Shown here: piece by piece, positions 18,475-28,866 of the stretch
Numbering within the stretch: position 1 is the stretch's first letter
Layout: each line of letters opens with the position of its first letter
Virus record (IMG/VR): IMGVR_UViG_3300020156_000001
Span: 170,321-234,320 of that record
DNA: 64,000 nucleotides
Source: a virus
Lineage: Duplodnaviria > Heunggongvirae > Uroviricota > Caudoviricetes
Direction: 5' to 3' (one strand)
The notes under the pieces: generated by a model
Database searches by the model: none
What the model was told of the DNA's origin: nothing
Seen by the model: the letters and a program-made list of their open reading frames with translations, nothing else
Made by a program: the position numbers and the translations under genes

Positions 18475-20005
18475 GTTCCAATTTCCTCAACATTGCAGTG
18501 GCCTTGTCCTTGTACAGGAACAAGGTTGCATAATCCACATTTGGGCCCAGATTTGCATGGGCCATCATAAAATCATTACCGGCTTCAACACTTTTTGCCA
18601 CAATTGGTTCCAACCGGTCCATAGCGATCTGCATCATCTCGTGCATATTGTGCCAGTAGGCGTAGCGGTCCTGTTCGTACTTGCTCCACGTGTAATGGGA
18701 AACTTCCCAAACATACAATTGGGACTTGTCGGGAAACACCTTATCAAAGTGCGCCAACATTTCCTCGCATGGATGATGACCCTGCGCCCAACGTGTTTTG
18801 AAGAACCGCAGGATCTGGCCCATTTGTGGACCCGGTTTAACGCCACGTGCCATCAGATCTTTACCAGTGATCGTAAAGCGATCGAACGTGCTGTTATAGA
18901 TGACTTGGTTATCTTGATCCAGCATTTTGAATGCGATGGTTGAGATAATGTTGGCTTGCGTGATATGCTCTGCAACCATTACCGCAGCAGCTTCTAATTG
19001 TGGATCCGAACCATTCGTAGTGTTCAAGTAGAAGTGACTTTGGATCGCTTCTACGCTATCGAATGGGCACGTCATGTAAAAGCTGATGATCTTGATCATG
19101 TAGTCGTAAGCACGACGCTCGCTTGAAGAAAACTTCAAACGTTCTGCCACAATTTCGTACGACTTTGGATCAATATTGCAGACCAACACTGCCATGACCA
19201 ATGCCTCAACCATAACGGGATGGCATCTCAGGCGATCTTCAAACCGCTTCATCGCCATCAAAATGGTATGGCCAACACGCCGATACTCTGGACCGTTGAT
19301 TGTTTCCCCGTTGCCCAGGGTTTCCATCAGCTTTGTGCCAAAGACCAACCTCAATGCGTCTCCCGCATGTGGCGCGGTCAGGATCTTTTTCAGTTCAGCC
19401 CAAATACGTTCACCGCTCAACCCACGCATACCCTCATGAACCCATGGCATGTTGAACAGCTGGTAGATGCTTTGTGGAGCCTCAGAAACAGCCGTCTTTG
19501 CAAAGAACCTCACATATCGCCAAACACGCAGGTAATCCTCACGAACACGTTCATTGGGATCACCAACAAACATGATAACACCGCGTTTCAAATGATCGCG
19601 ACCTTCAAAGTAGTCGTAGATGTGGCCGTTGATGTCCATGCTCATCGCGTTCATTGTAAAGTCGCGACGTTCTGCATCCAATTGGAAGTCTCGAGTGTAT
19701 TCAACCTTGGCATGACGGCCATCGGTTTCAACATCCACACGCAAAGTGGTAACTTCAAAGGGCTCACCGCCCATCATAAACGTTACCGTGCCGTGCTGCA
19801 AACCCGTTGGGATCACATACAAACCATGCTGTTCAGCCAGCGCCATCATTTCATCTGGCGTAGCATTGGTGCACAGGTCGATATCCTTTGGCTTCAAGCC
19901 CAAGCACAAGTCACGAACGGCGCCGCCAACAACACGAATTTCGTATCCGCTGTCGACGAAGATTTCCGCCAATTTCATCAAGTACCTGTTGTTGAATACC
20001 AACAT
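18461..20005 (-). CDS. class-II tRNA nucleotidyltransferase (CCA-adding enzyme / poly(A) polymerase family)
   Basis: Head-domain motif RVVGGAVRDLCLGLKPKDIDLCT (GGxVRD ... DxD). 514 aa with a long C-terminal body. Confidence 0.8.
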   Translation of the reverse strand: MLVFNNRYLMKLAEIFVDSGYEIRVVGGAVRDLCLGLKPKDIDLCTNATPDEMMALAEQHGLYVIPTGLQHGTVTFMMGGEPFEVTTLRVDVETDGRHAKVEYTRDFQLDAERRDFTMNAMSMDINGHIYDYFEGRDHLKRGVIMFVGDPNERVREDYLRVWRYVRFFAKTAVSEAPQSIYQLFNMPWVHEGMRGLSGERIWAELKKILTAPHAGDALRLVFGTKLMETLGNGETINGPEYRRVGHTILMAMKRFEDRLRCHPVMVEALVMAVLVCNIDPKSYEIVAERLKFSSSERRAYDYMIKIISFYMTCPFDSVEAIQSHFYLNTTNGSDPQLEAAAVMVAEHITQANIISTIAFKMLDQDNQVIYNSTFDRFTITGKDLMARGVKPGPQMGQILRFFKTRWAQGHHPCEEMLAHFDKVFPDKSQLYVWEVSHYTWSKYEQDRYAYWHNMHEMMQIAMDRLEPIVAKSVEAGNDFMMAHANLGPNVDYATLFLYKDKATAMLRKLEHDAA

Positions 20006-20119
20006 AATTCGATCTCCGTTTACAAGCTTAATCTAACACAGATAGCAAGTTTGTCAAACGCTAAAACCAGTTTCTGGAATGCAATAAATAGATGAAATTA
20101 TGTCCGGAGACCCGCTCTT

Positions 20120-23100
20120 ATGGCTTTAGTCAAACCACCAAATATCAAGTCACCTATTACAGTTAACGCTACTGGTGACACGCCTATCACAAAAACGTTT
20201 ATCGAATGGAAATCAAATAGCGCAACAGGATCGCTTGCTGCTACCAAGATCCAATACACGTTTTTGGGCTTGTCACCGTCAATTGGCGCGGTTACCAAGG
20301 GCGGCGCTCCTGTATTCCAATTCACACAAGCTGATTTGAACAGCCCGGGTGTTATCAACTACACGCCGGATCGTTCCAACAAGAAAACGCTTGATGTTGT
20401 GATGAGACTTCGTGTTACTGACCTAACAGATGGCGACAGTGACACTTTTCCAGTAACTATTCGTTACTCTCTTCCTGACTTGGCTCCAGAAGGTTCTGTT
20501 GGTCCGCTAACTGTTGAAGAAGATGGTCAAGCCACTGTAACAACGGCCCAGATCAACTTTGTCGATTTGTTTGACGCGCCAAACGCCGTGTTTATCGAAA
20601 TTCAAGCTTGGCCCGTACACGGTGATATGCTGTTCAATGGCAAGCTGGTTGGCCCAAGCAGTGCGGTTAAGATCACAATGGCTGATGTTATCGCGGGCAA
20701 GCTCGCATACAAGCACAATGGTGATGAAGCCACTGAAGACCACTTGTTCTTCAAGGTGCGCGATACAAAAAACAAATGGTCTGGTATCACAGTTGGCGAA
20801 CAAACCGAAGACGTAGCCAGCGTTTACGATATGCCAATCAATATCGTACTTTCCGATATTCCACTAAAGGTAGTCAACAAGGGGCCTGCTGAAGTTGTTC
20901 AGTGTGAAGAAGTTACGATTGGTCCGGAATTGCTATCCGCAGATGACGAAGATGATGGCGATCTAACACTGACTTGGAAACTGTCCAAGCTTCCACTCCA
21001 TGGTATCCTAAAGAAGAATGGCACCCCAATGACCGTGGGTACCACTTGGACTGATAGCGATATTAGCTCGGGCAAGATCACATACGAACAGGATTGCTCC
21101 GACACTCCAGTTGACACATTTGAGTTCTCTGTCGAACATTCCAAGGAAAAGCTGGAAAATGTTAGCTTTCCAATCCAGCTGATCAAGAATCTTCCGCCGG
21201 TTATCGAAATCAACGAACTACAAGTTGAAAAGTGTAACACTGGTATTCCTGCTGAAGTTAACATCAAGATCACCGATCCTGAAGGTTTGCTGCCAAAGGA
21301 TATCAAGCTCAAGTATGCGCCAAACACACCAGAGACTCCGCGTCCTAAACATGGTATGATTGGTATCAACGGTAAGACTGGTATTCCAGGTGTAACAGAA
21401 TTCACATACGCTGATATTCTAGCTGGAAATGTCCACTACATTCACGATTGCACGGATCACGATCCCGCAACTGATGAGTGGTGGTTTACTGTTTATGATG
21501 GTGGCCACGAAATCACTGTAAAGCTTCCAATTGTTATCATCTTTAAGGATGACCTTCCTCCCTACTTGACTCAAAACGTTGAGCATTTTGTTGAGCGCAA
21601 CGATGAAGTTTCTTGGAAGATTGACAAGCTAGACTTTACCGACGATGACACCGAATATCCAAAGGTATTCTTTGAACTGGTAACACTACCCGAACATGGC
21701 GAGTTGTTTATCAACGGTCTTCCTGCAGCGGAAGGTCAGAAGATCGCACGTTCGGATTGGGATGATATCGAGTTCCGTTATGTTGCTGGTGCGCCCGACA
21801 ATTCGGTCACAGAAGACCGCGCAATGTTCAAGCTCTACGATGAGAAGAACACTGTGGACGATCTTGCTATTGTGTTCAAGTTCCCACCACCGCCTACGGT
21901 TTGCCCAGAAGTTCTCAACAACTTTATCACAACCGCTTACACGTTGAAGAAAGTAATTTCTGAAATCGACATGTTTGCGTCAAACGAAGGCATTGATTCC
22001 ACTGAATTCGTTTGGACTCTCAAGAAAGCTCCCGTATATGGTGACCTAAGCGTGGGCACGGTTAAGTTGGTTGATGTTCTTCCAACAAAGCCAGATCCAG
22101 CTGACCCGCCAGTGGCGAATACTTGGACGTCCAAGGATATTGAGGACATGCAGTTCTCGTATCAACACCTACGTGATGCTCCGTTTACTGATGAGTTTGA
22201 GTTCTCAGTAACCAACGGCTTCTGCGCGGTTCAAGGCAAAGCAATCATCAAGTTCATCCCAGGCTTGAACATTGATATCAACAAGGTTCTCGAAGTTGAT
22301 CAAGGCTTTACCCCATCGGTAACTCCTGGTCTTATTGACGAAACCTACTTGCTCAGCAGTTCTGGATCTGTTTCGGATCCAGGTCTACTCCTGTACACGG
22401 TAAAGACATTGCCTACAGTTGGTACATTGTATTTGGATGATTACCCAGTTGCACTAAGCGCGACTTCCTACACGTTCTCACAACAGCAAATCAACGATGG
22501 TAAGCTCCGTTACGTACCAAATGATTCCAATCATGAAACTACTGAGGACTTGTTCAAGTTTGAAGTTGTTGATGGTATTGAAAAGCGTGAAGGCGTATTC
22601 AAGATCAAGATCAAGCTTTTGGATACTCCGCCGGAAATTATCATCAACGAACTGGTTGTGGGTGAGCTAACTTGTGGCAGCATTCTGGAAGTTAAGCATT
22701 TGAAGGTAGAGGACGATCAGTCCAGCCCAAGTGAACTTGTGTTTACGCTACTCTCAATTCCACAGTATGGTGAGCTACTAAAGAGCAACGTACCAATGGC
22801 AATCGGCGATACATTCACTTATGGTGATGTTATCAACGGTGCTATGGGCTATTGTGAAACTGAAGAAGGTGCCCTGCTTGACTCGTTTGACTTTACCCTT
22901 ACCGATAAGGGCGGTAATGAAGTAACACCACTTCACTTCCCAATTAAGATCATTCCTCCGCCACCACCGGAGCTTGTAAATGATGGTCTTACAATGGAAC
23001 CTTGCACGGTTCGCGCAATCACAATCAACATGTTGGATGTGAAGAACTTGCGCACCACATTCAATCGCGCGGGTATGGTGTTCAAGGTAACAAAAGCTCC

Positions 23101-23773
23101 AAAGCATGGCGTTCTCAGCAAGGGCGCGGTAGCATTGGCTGTTGGGGATACTTTCACACTTGCGGATCTTCTCGCTAATACCGTCACATACACCAGCATC
23201 TCGTTTAAAACAGATCCTGATTCCTTTGACTTTGATGTACAAAGCGATGTGTTTACTTCCAAGGGCAACACGTTTGATATCAAGCTACGTGCCGTAAACA
23301 ATCCACCTTGGATTTGTGTAAACACGGGTATGTTGGTATTCGAACAGGAAACCAAGGCAGTAACTCTGGACATGCTACAGATGTGCGATGTGGATATGGA
23401 CCGTGATAAGATTGCGGACTTTGATCCAGAAAGTGCAGAAGACCTTTCTCCACTGGTTTATCCGCTTGGTGAAGTTATCAACCCATCGGAAGTCGATGGC
23501 AGTGGTCGCATAAACAAGGATGTTCTCATCGAGTTCCCAGGTGTTAAGTACAAGTTCACGTTTACTGTAAAAGCGGGTTCTGCCCGTGCTATTGTTCGTG
23601 ACCAAAATGGTGCCACACTTGCAAGCTCGATCTGTGCAACATCAGCAAGTGGCGTGGTTGTTATGGAGTTTAGTCCTCCAGTCAGCAGCACACAGATCAA
23701 TTGCCAAGTAATTGAAAATTGTGTCCCAGGTGCAGTTGATCCGGATTGGACATTTGACCTCGCAAAAGCCTAA
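20120..23773 (+). CDS. giant repeat protein (1217 aa) with about 10 cadherin/VCBS-like beta-sandwich repeats
   Basis: A roughly 100-aa unit recurs with the pattern G.[ILV].Y.[HP] ... D.F.F.V.D ... [ILV].[ILV] ... PP.[ILV]. Examples: GKLRYVPNDSNHETTEDLFKFEVVDG ... IKIKLLDTPPEIIINE and GKITYEQDCSDTPVDTFEFSVEHS ... IQLIKNLPPVIEINE. Confidence 0.7.
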   Translation: MALVKPPNIKSPITVNATGDTPITKTFIEWKSNSATGSLAATKIQYTFLGLSPSIGAVTKGGAPVFQFTQADLNSPGVINYTPDRSNKKTLDVVMRLRVTDLTDGDSDTFPVTIRYSLPDLAPEGSVGPLTVEEDGQATVTTAQINFVDLFDAPNAVFIEIQAWPVHGDMLFNGKLVGPSSAVKITMADVIAGKLAYKHNGDEATEDHLFFKVRDTKNKWSGITVGEQTEDVASVYDMPINIVLSDIPLKVVNKGPAEVVQCEEVTIGPELLSADDEDDGDLTLTWKLSKLPLHGILKKNGTPMTVGTTWTDSDISSGKITYEQDCSDTPVDTFEFSVEHSKEKLENVSFPIQLIKNLPPVIEINELQVEKCNTGIPAEVNIKITDPEGLLPKDIKLKYAPNTPETPRPKHGMIGINGKTGIPGVTEFTYADILAGNVHYIHDCTDHDPATDEWWFTVYDGGHEITVKLPIVIIFKDDLPPYLTQNVEHFVERNDEVSWKIDKLDFTDDDTEYPKVFFELVTLPEHGELFINGLPAAEGQKIARSDWDDIEFRYVAGAPDNSVTEDRAMFKLYDEKNTVDDLAIVFKFPPPPTVCPEVLNNFITTAYTLKKVISEIDMFASNEGIDSTEFVWTLKKAPVYGDLSVGTVKLVDVLPTKPDPADPPVANTWTSKDIEDMQFSYQHLRDAPFTDEFEFSVTNGFCAVQGKAIIKFIPGLNIDINKVLEVDQGFTPSVTPGLIDETYLLSSSGSVSDPGLLLYTVKTLPTVGTLYLDDYPVALSATSYTFSQQQINDGKLRYVPNDSNHETTEDLFKFEVVDGIEKREGVFKIKIKLLDTPPEIIINELVVGELTCGSILEVKHLKVEDDQSSPSELVFTLLSIPQYGELLKSNVPMAIGDTFTYGDVINGAMGYCETEEGALLDSFDFTLTDKGGNEVTPLHFPIKIIPPPPPELVNDGLTMEPCTVRAITINMLDVKNLRTTFNRAGMVFKVTKAPKHGVLSKGAVALAVGDTFTLADLLANTVTYTSISFKTDPDSFDFDVQSDVFTSKGNTFDIKLRAVNNPPWICVNTGMLVFEQETKAVTLDMLQMCDVDMDRDKIADFDPESAEDLSPLVYPLGEVINPSEVDGSGRINKDVLIEFPGVKYKFTFTVKAGSARAIVRDQNGATLASSICATSASGVVVMEFSPPVSSTQINCQVIENCVPGAVDPDWTFDLAKA

Positions 23774-23782
23774 GGAGCTAGG

Positions 23783-24904
23783 ATGACTGCTTATTTTAAG
23801 ATCCACAAGCTTCCCGCTCTAGGCTTGCTTATGAAAAATGGAATCCCACTTCAGGTGGGATCCAAGTTCACTCAAAGCGATATCAACGAAAATCGTATCA
23901 CTTATCGTCACACTGCGATAACTGGTCAGAACGCATTGGACTCGTTTGATTTTACGCTTTGGGATTCCGAGCTTGGTGCCATTACAACTTCCTCTTATGG
24001 TCCATGTATGCCACCTAGAGATATTGAAACCCCTGCTGATGGTGTGTTTCGTTTTGCTATCTCTATCCTAAATGTGCCACCGATCAACACGGTTACACCG
24101 GATACGCTTGAACTGCTTGAAACCGAAACCCTTACTTTGACAATGGGTATCTTTAACGTGGTCAACGCGGGATTTACTCCTGATCAAGTTATCCACACCC
24201 TGCGCAAGCCACTATCTCACGGATATATCACATTGCGCGGTAAACGCTCATCCACGTTTACTCAAGCCGATGTAAATGCAGGTGACGTAAAGTATGTGAA
24301 CACGCACGTAGGCACTGGTATCGAACGTATTGAAGTAACATCATGCAACTTGCGTAGCGGCTGCATTGATTTTGATTTTACCATCAACATTTTGGAACGT
24401 TTCAAGATTACCGGCGACAACGTTATCTACGTAAAGACGGGCAGCCGTTTTGTTTGGGAATTTACAGCAAATCGTCCATCAGTGCTTTGGTCACTATCCG
24501 GTGGAACTGAGGAACGTCCACCATATGCAACGGAACGTGACCTCTCAATCATAGGTTGGTCTTCCTATGCAATGTCAAGCGATCAACCCTATGATAGCGA
24601 AGGCCGTGGTCCGGGTTATGATAAGTTGTTCCGCAACGTAAGAGAGACATTGTATTGGGATGGTGGGCTTCCAAAGGGAATATATTTGAGCAACATTGGT
24701 TACATGACCTGCTCACTTCGTAACCCGCCAAGTCTTGCAGGAAGCCAACATTGGACAATCCCAAACACTCCGGGTGAATATCCGTTTGAGATGATTGCCT
24801 TTGATGCCACAACTGGCCAAATGGATTCCCGTAAATATATGCTAGTCGCGACCATGTCTGGTTTCAGCGGCAGTGGCCTAAGCTCGGAAAGTAAAGATCT
24901 ATGA
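23783..24904 (+). CDS. repeat protein (373 aa) with cadherin/VCBS-like repeats
   Basis: NRITYRHTAITGQNALDSFDFTLWD and GDVKYVNTHVGTGIERIEVTS. Stop overlaps the next gene's start. Confidence 0.65.
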   Translation: MTAYFKIHKLPALGLLMKNGIPLQVGSKFTQSDINENRITYRHTAITGQNALDSFDFTLWDSELGAITTSSYGPCMPPRDIETPADGVFRFAISILNVPPINTVTPDTLELLETETLTLTMGIFNVVNAGFTPDQVIHTLRKPLSHGYITLRGKRSSTFTQADVNAGDVKYVNTHVGTGIERIEVTSCNLRSGCIDFDFTINILERFKITGDNVIYVKTGSRFVWEFTANRPSVLWSLSGGTEERPPYATERDLSIIGWSSYAMSSDQPYDSEGRGPGYDKLFRNVRETLYWDGGLPKGIYLSNIGYMTCSLRNPPSLAGSQHWTIPNTPGEYPFEMIAFDATTGQMDSRKYMLVATMSGFSGSGLSSESKDL

Positions 24905-27900
24905 ATTTACACGAACACGCCGTCATTGAAGAATATGACAAGTACGCGATCTTTGAATTGACCAAGATTCCAACACGTGGTAACCTGCTTTTGGATGGCG
25001 TTATCATGAAGGTTGGTAGTCGCTTTACTCAAGGCGATCTACGTAACGGTAATCTCAAGTACAAGCATACGGCAAACGAAGGTATGGCCAAGATCGCTTA
25101 TGATGCGTTCTTCTTCAGAGTTCCAATCAATGACAAAGCTGTTGTTGATGAAAACACCAAGTACAGCAAATGTTTGCCTGTAAGTGGTGGCCCAAAGGGC
25201 GGTGAATTTAAGTTCCCAATTATCATCACTGTGCTTCCTTATCCTCAGGAACTTCGCAATGTTGAAATAAACATTATGGAAGACCAAACAGTTTGCTTGA
25301 ACAAAGGTCACTTGTTCTATTCTTCTGATACAAAAGAAGTTCAGCAGTATTTTAAAAAGCCTGATGTTCAGATTGAAAAGGGCGGCAACGAAGCTTTTTA
25401 CTTTTGGAAGCGTTTTGCTGGCGATGTAAGCTTTGAAAACGTAAGCAAAAATGCCCCACCAAGCAGTGATGCCCACACTTGGGCATATAATGCGGAAACC
25501 CGCGGCATCTACAACATCAAGAATACTTCCAACTACACTGGTATGGTAACAACTAGAACCAGTGAAAGCTTTATGATGGCTTCTACAATGAGTTCCAATG
25601 CGGCGGATGACGACGTTATTGGTATGGTTGTAGCTTATGCGGAAGAAGATGGCGTTCCTACCACAATCAGCGTTGTTCGTTCCGGTGGCTGGAATGGAAC
25701 CGGTGCAAGTACCCTTACTTGGGCTATTATCCAAACCAAGGGCAACAATCGTACTATTCTAAAGAACGGAAGCGATACAGCTAAGAACCTATTGGGTAAC
25801 ACCAAGGGCCAAGCTTGGGACAAACTTGGATATTCACGTGTTGAGGTAAAGCGCGAAGGTACTAAAATTATTGCCAAGTGCAGCCAGTTTAGCGGCGCAA
25901 CAAATGGCGCACCAAATGCGGTAACTGCAATCGATGATTCCACAACTATGGAATTCACATTGCCCGCACCATTTAACTTGCCTTGCCAATACGGTCTAAG
26001 TGCGATGTCTCAGGCCGGCGCCACATTTGATGATATTGAATGGGCTGAGTTGCCTTATCCTCCGGCAGATCCACCAGAGCCGGATCCTACTTTGGATCCT
26101 ATGTTCGAACGTTTTCCAATTACCTATACCGTAAGCAGCAAGTCGAGCGAAGCATCCGCTGAGTTCCTTCTCAACGGAAAGCCGATGAAGCCCGGCGATA
26201 CCTTTACAAATGGTGACATATCAAATGGTTTGATTTGCGTAAAGGGCAAAAACGCAGGCGCTGGTGCAGAGTTCTTCTCTTTCTCAGCATGTGTGAACTC
26301 GGTAAAATGCACAAGCGGAACATTCAAGGTTAAGGTAACTCCTTGGCCATATCCAAAGATGGAAAAGAATTCCGCTACTATGGAAGAATGCTCGGAAATC
26401 ACAATCAACGATAAGAACATGTTGTTCACAGTTGAATTTGGTTCCACTGATTCCGATATCAAGATTACTCTTAATGAAACGCAAACAGCCGCTGACAATC
26501 CAGATGGTCGTGTCGAGGTTATTCCTAAGACATTCACTATGGCCGATGTTAAGGCTGGCACAGTACGACTCAAGCACGCTTGTGATACTGTGGTGTGGAC
26601 TGAAAAGCTTACATTTGATGTATGCACGAACCACAATAAGTGCGTGAGCAAGCCATTCTACGTTAAGATCACTCCAATCCCAGTTGAAGAAGAGCCTGCA
26701 CCCGATAACATTCAAGTTAGCGAACAGGGTTGCGTTTACAAGCTAAACTTCTACGGTGTTTGGGCTCCAGTTGGTGATTGCGGTCTTTGGGCTGATCTAA
26801 AGGGTCGCGTATTGCCTGAGCCTAAAAATGAACCCACTGGTAAGATCCTATACGTAAAGCACGCGCTTCCTGAACCCGTAACTTTGGTTGCTTTGCCAAA
26901 GCCAGAGAAACCAACTGAAAACAAGTGGTTTAAGAGTCCAGTTCAACTGCCTGCACAACCTGAACCATCAGATGGTTGTGAGCCGTTGCCACCGGAACCA
27001 ACACCAGCCCAGCTACCAACCGAGCTACAAGACTACATTATTGAAATGGAAGCTTGGGGTGATTATGGTGCAGGTCCTCCACTGTTTGACGTTATTGCAA
27101 CACAAGCCGTTGGTGGTATGAAGTGGATTGCCCGTGATGAACCAATCTCCGATCTAAAGGAGCATGGTCAAAAGGGTCGTCAATACTTTAGCTGGCGTGT
27201 TCCTGCGGCAGTTTGGGGCAATGGTCGTGACATTGTTATCGACTATGTTCAAAACGAACCTCCTGGTGCCGCAACAGACCGTAACATGTACTTGTACTGG
27301 GTAAAGGTCAACGGTAAGCTTTATGACTTTGGCGGTTCTGGCCGTTATATTGATCGTGCGGATGTTGAACGCCGTGGTCTAAACTATGACCATTGCCGTT
27401 GGACTATTTCGGATGATTTCCCTCTCCCACCATACCAGCTTCCTGCTCCAGTACCTGCGGAAAAGCCTGATACAGTTGCCAAGCAAAAGGTTCCTGCAAA
27501 ATGCTTTACTGATCCAAAGACCGGTACTAAGTGGATCACAGACCAAAACGGTGTATATCATCCAGTTGGAAAGCCAACGGATAAGTTGGAAGACTTTGAT
27601 GCTACCCCGCTTATCAAGACTCAACCATTCCTAGTTGAAGTGGAAGATCTTGCAAGTGTTCCAGCGGAATGGCCTGGTCCGGTTCTACACAAGCCAACAA
27701 ACAGCGTTTACACGAAGGTCAACGACGAATACGTTCACGTAAAGCAGCCGTTTACTGAATCTTATAAGCTGGATGAATTCCAGTTTATTGGAGCCAACGA
27801 GTTCTGGCTACAGCATGGCGCAACGTTTGACTTCTTCTTGTTCAGCAACCGCTTCTACGTGCGTTTCGATATTATGGGTGAATATGGTCACTCGATTATC

Positions 27901-28866
27901 GAACAATCCAACCCGATCATCATGGATCTTGGTGGATCGTTGGTTGGTAGTGGTGCAAGCATTTTGGGCAATCGTACAAACAACTACAATAACCAAAACC
28001 GCACATCACGCATTCCAAATGCGATGGGAATGTGGCCACGTCGTTACTGTCAGGTGGTTTCGCCAATCACTACAATGTGGGACGGTATGATCCAAAACAG
28101 CACAAGCATGCCATACTATCATGACAGGAACAACAATGGTATGAACCCATACCATCACGGCACTTACTTGATCAAGCTCGCGGGTACTGAATCCTATGCA
28201 GGCTTTGTTGCAAGTCAGCGTCCAAAGTTGGTACCCGAGCGTTGGACCGGAACAAAGTTCTGGAACCCTGATACAAAGAAGGGCTTTGGTCTAGTAAAGA
28301 ACCAAAAGGTTTGGCATGATATGACCACTGTTTGGTCACACAGCGGCTATGGTAGTGCTCCTAGCCAGATGGAAGGTGTTCGTAACAACGGTTATGGTAC
28401 TCACACACAGGCTATTGCCTACGGTGGTATCGAATTTGGAACTTATAATCCTTGGCTACATTTTGAGTCTTGGAAGATTCCTCAGAACACTGCATTCAAC
28501 CCACCGGAAGCTCCACGTGGTTGGTGCAATGGTATGCTTACGTTCCTAGATTACTCCTCAATCTACGACTCCAAGGAAATGCGCAATGGTGGTCCTGTTG
28601 AATCATCTCCACCGCGTAAGGACTACACAATGGAGTTCAAGGTTCGCGGTTATGATATCGCAACAGGCGAGGAAAAGTTCCGCACGTATCGCGTTCACTG
28701 GAACGCAACGGGTACGAACAAAAAGGGACAAACAAAGGCAACCACAGATGCAACGACGACAGGACTAACTGGATTCCTGCCGCCGAAGCCAAAGACAGCG
28801 GTTTGCTACTTTGATGACTTTAACGTCCCAGGCAACTGCCGTATTTTGGACGATAAAGGAAAGTAA
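24901..28866 (+). CDS. giant protein (1321 aa): N-terminal cadherin/VCBS-like repeats plus a distinct W/Y/G/N-rich C-terminal half
   Basis: GNLKYKHTANEGMAKIAYDAFFFRV at the N-terminus. The C-terminal 600 aa is non-repetitive and aromatic-rich. Confidence 0.65.
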   Translation: MNLHEHAVIEEYDKYAIFELTKIPTRGNLLLDGVIMKVGSRFTQGDLRNGNLKYKHTANEGMAKIAYDAFFFRVPINDKAVVDENTKYSKCLPVSGGPKGGEFKFPIIITVLPYPQELRNVEINIMEDQTVCLNKGHLFYSSDTKEVQQYFKKPDVQIEKGGNEAFYFWKRFAGDVSFENVSKNAPPSSDAHTWAYNAETRGIYNIKNTSNYTGMVTTRTSESFMMASTMSSNAADDDVIGMVVAYAEEDGVPTTISVVRSGGWNGTGASTLTWAIIQTKGNNRTILKNGSDTAKNLLGNTKGQAWDKLGYSRVEVKREGTKIIAKCSQFSGATNGAPNAVTAIDDSTTMEFTLPAPFNLPCQYGLSAMSQAGATFDDIEWAELPYPPADPPEPDPTLDPMFERFPITYTVSSKSSEASAEFLLNGKPMKPGDTFTNGDISNGLICVKGKNAGAGAEFFSFSACVNSVKCTSGTFKVKVTPWPYPKMEKNSATMEECSEITINDKNMLFTVEFGSTDSDIKITLNETQTAADNPDGRVEVIPKTFTMADVKAGTVRLKHACDTVVWTEKLTFDVCTNHNKCVSKPFYVKITPIPVEEEPAPDNIQVSEQGCVYKLNFYGVWAPVGDCGLWADLKGRVLPEPKNEPTGKILYVKHALPEPVTLVALPKPEKPTENKWFKSPVQLPAQPEPSDGCEPLPPEPTPAQLPTELQDYIIEMEAWGDYGAGPPLFDVIATQAVGGMKWIARDEPISDLKEHGQKGRQYFSWRVPAAVWGNGRDIVIDYVQNEPPGAATDRNMYLYWVKVNGKLYDFGGSGRYIDRADVERRGLNYDHCRWTISDDFPLPPYQLPAPVPAEKPDTVAKQKVPAKCFTDPKTGTKWITDQNGVYHPVGKPTDKLEDFDATPLIKTQPFLVEVEDLASVPAEWPGPVLHKPTNSVYTKVNDEYVHVKQPFTESYKLDEFQFIGANEFWLQHGATFDFFLFSNRFYVRFDIMGEYGHSIIEQSNPIIMDLGGSLVGSGASILGNRTNNYNNQNRTSRIPNAMGMWPRRYCQVVSPITTMWDGMIQNSTSMPYYHDRNNNGMNPYHHGTYLIKLAGTESYAGFVASQRPKLVPERWTGTKFWNPDTKKGFGLVKNQKVWHDMTTVWSHSGYGSAPSQMEGVRNNGYGTHTQAIAYGGIEFGTYNPWLHFESWKIPQNTAFNPPEAPRGWCNGMLTFLDYSSIYDSKEMRNGGPVESSPPRKDYTMEFKVRGYDIATGEEKFRTYRVHWNATGTNKKGQTKATTDATTTGLTGFLPPKPKTAVCYFDDFNVPGNCRILDDKGK

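Noticed and set aside
20507-21405. Several 60-170-aa minus-strand ORFs inside the giant repeat genes
   Set aside because: Antisense to long, well-supported plus-strand ORFs. Low-complexity Ser/Thr/Pro translations.
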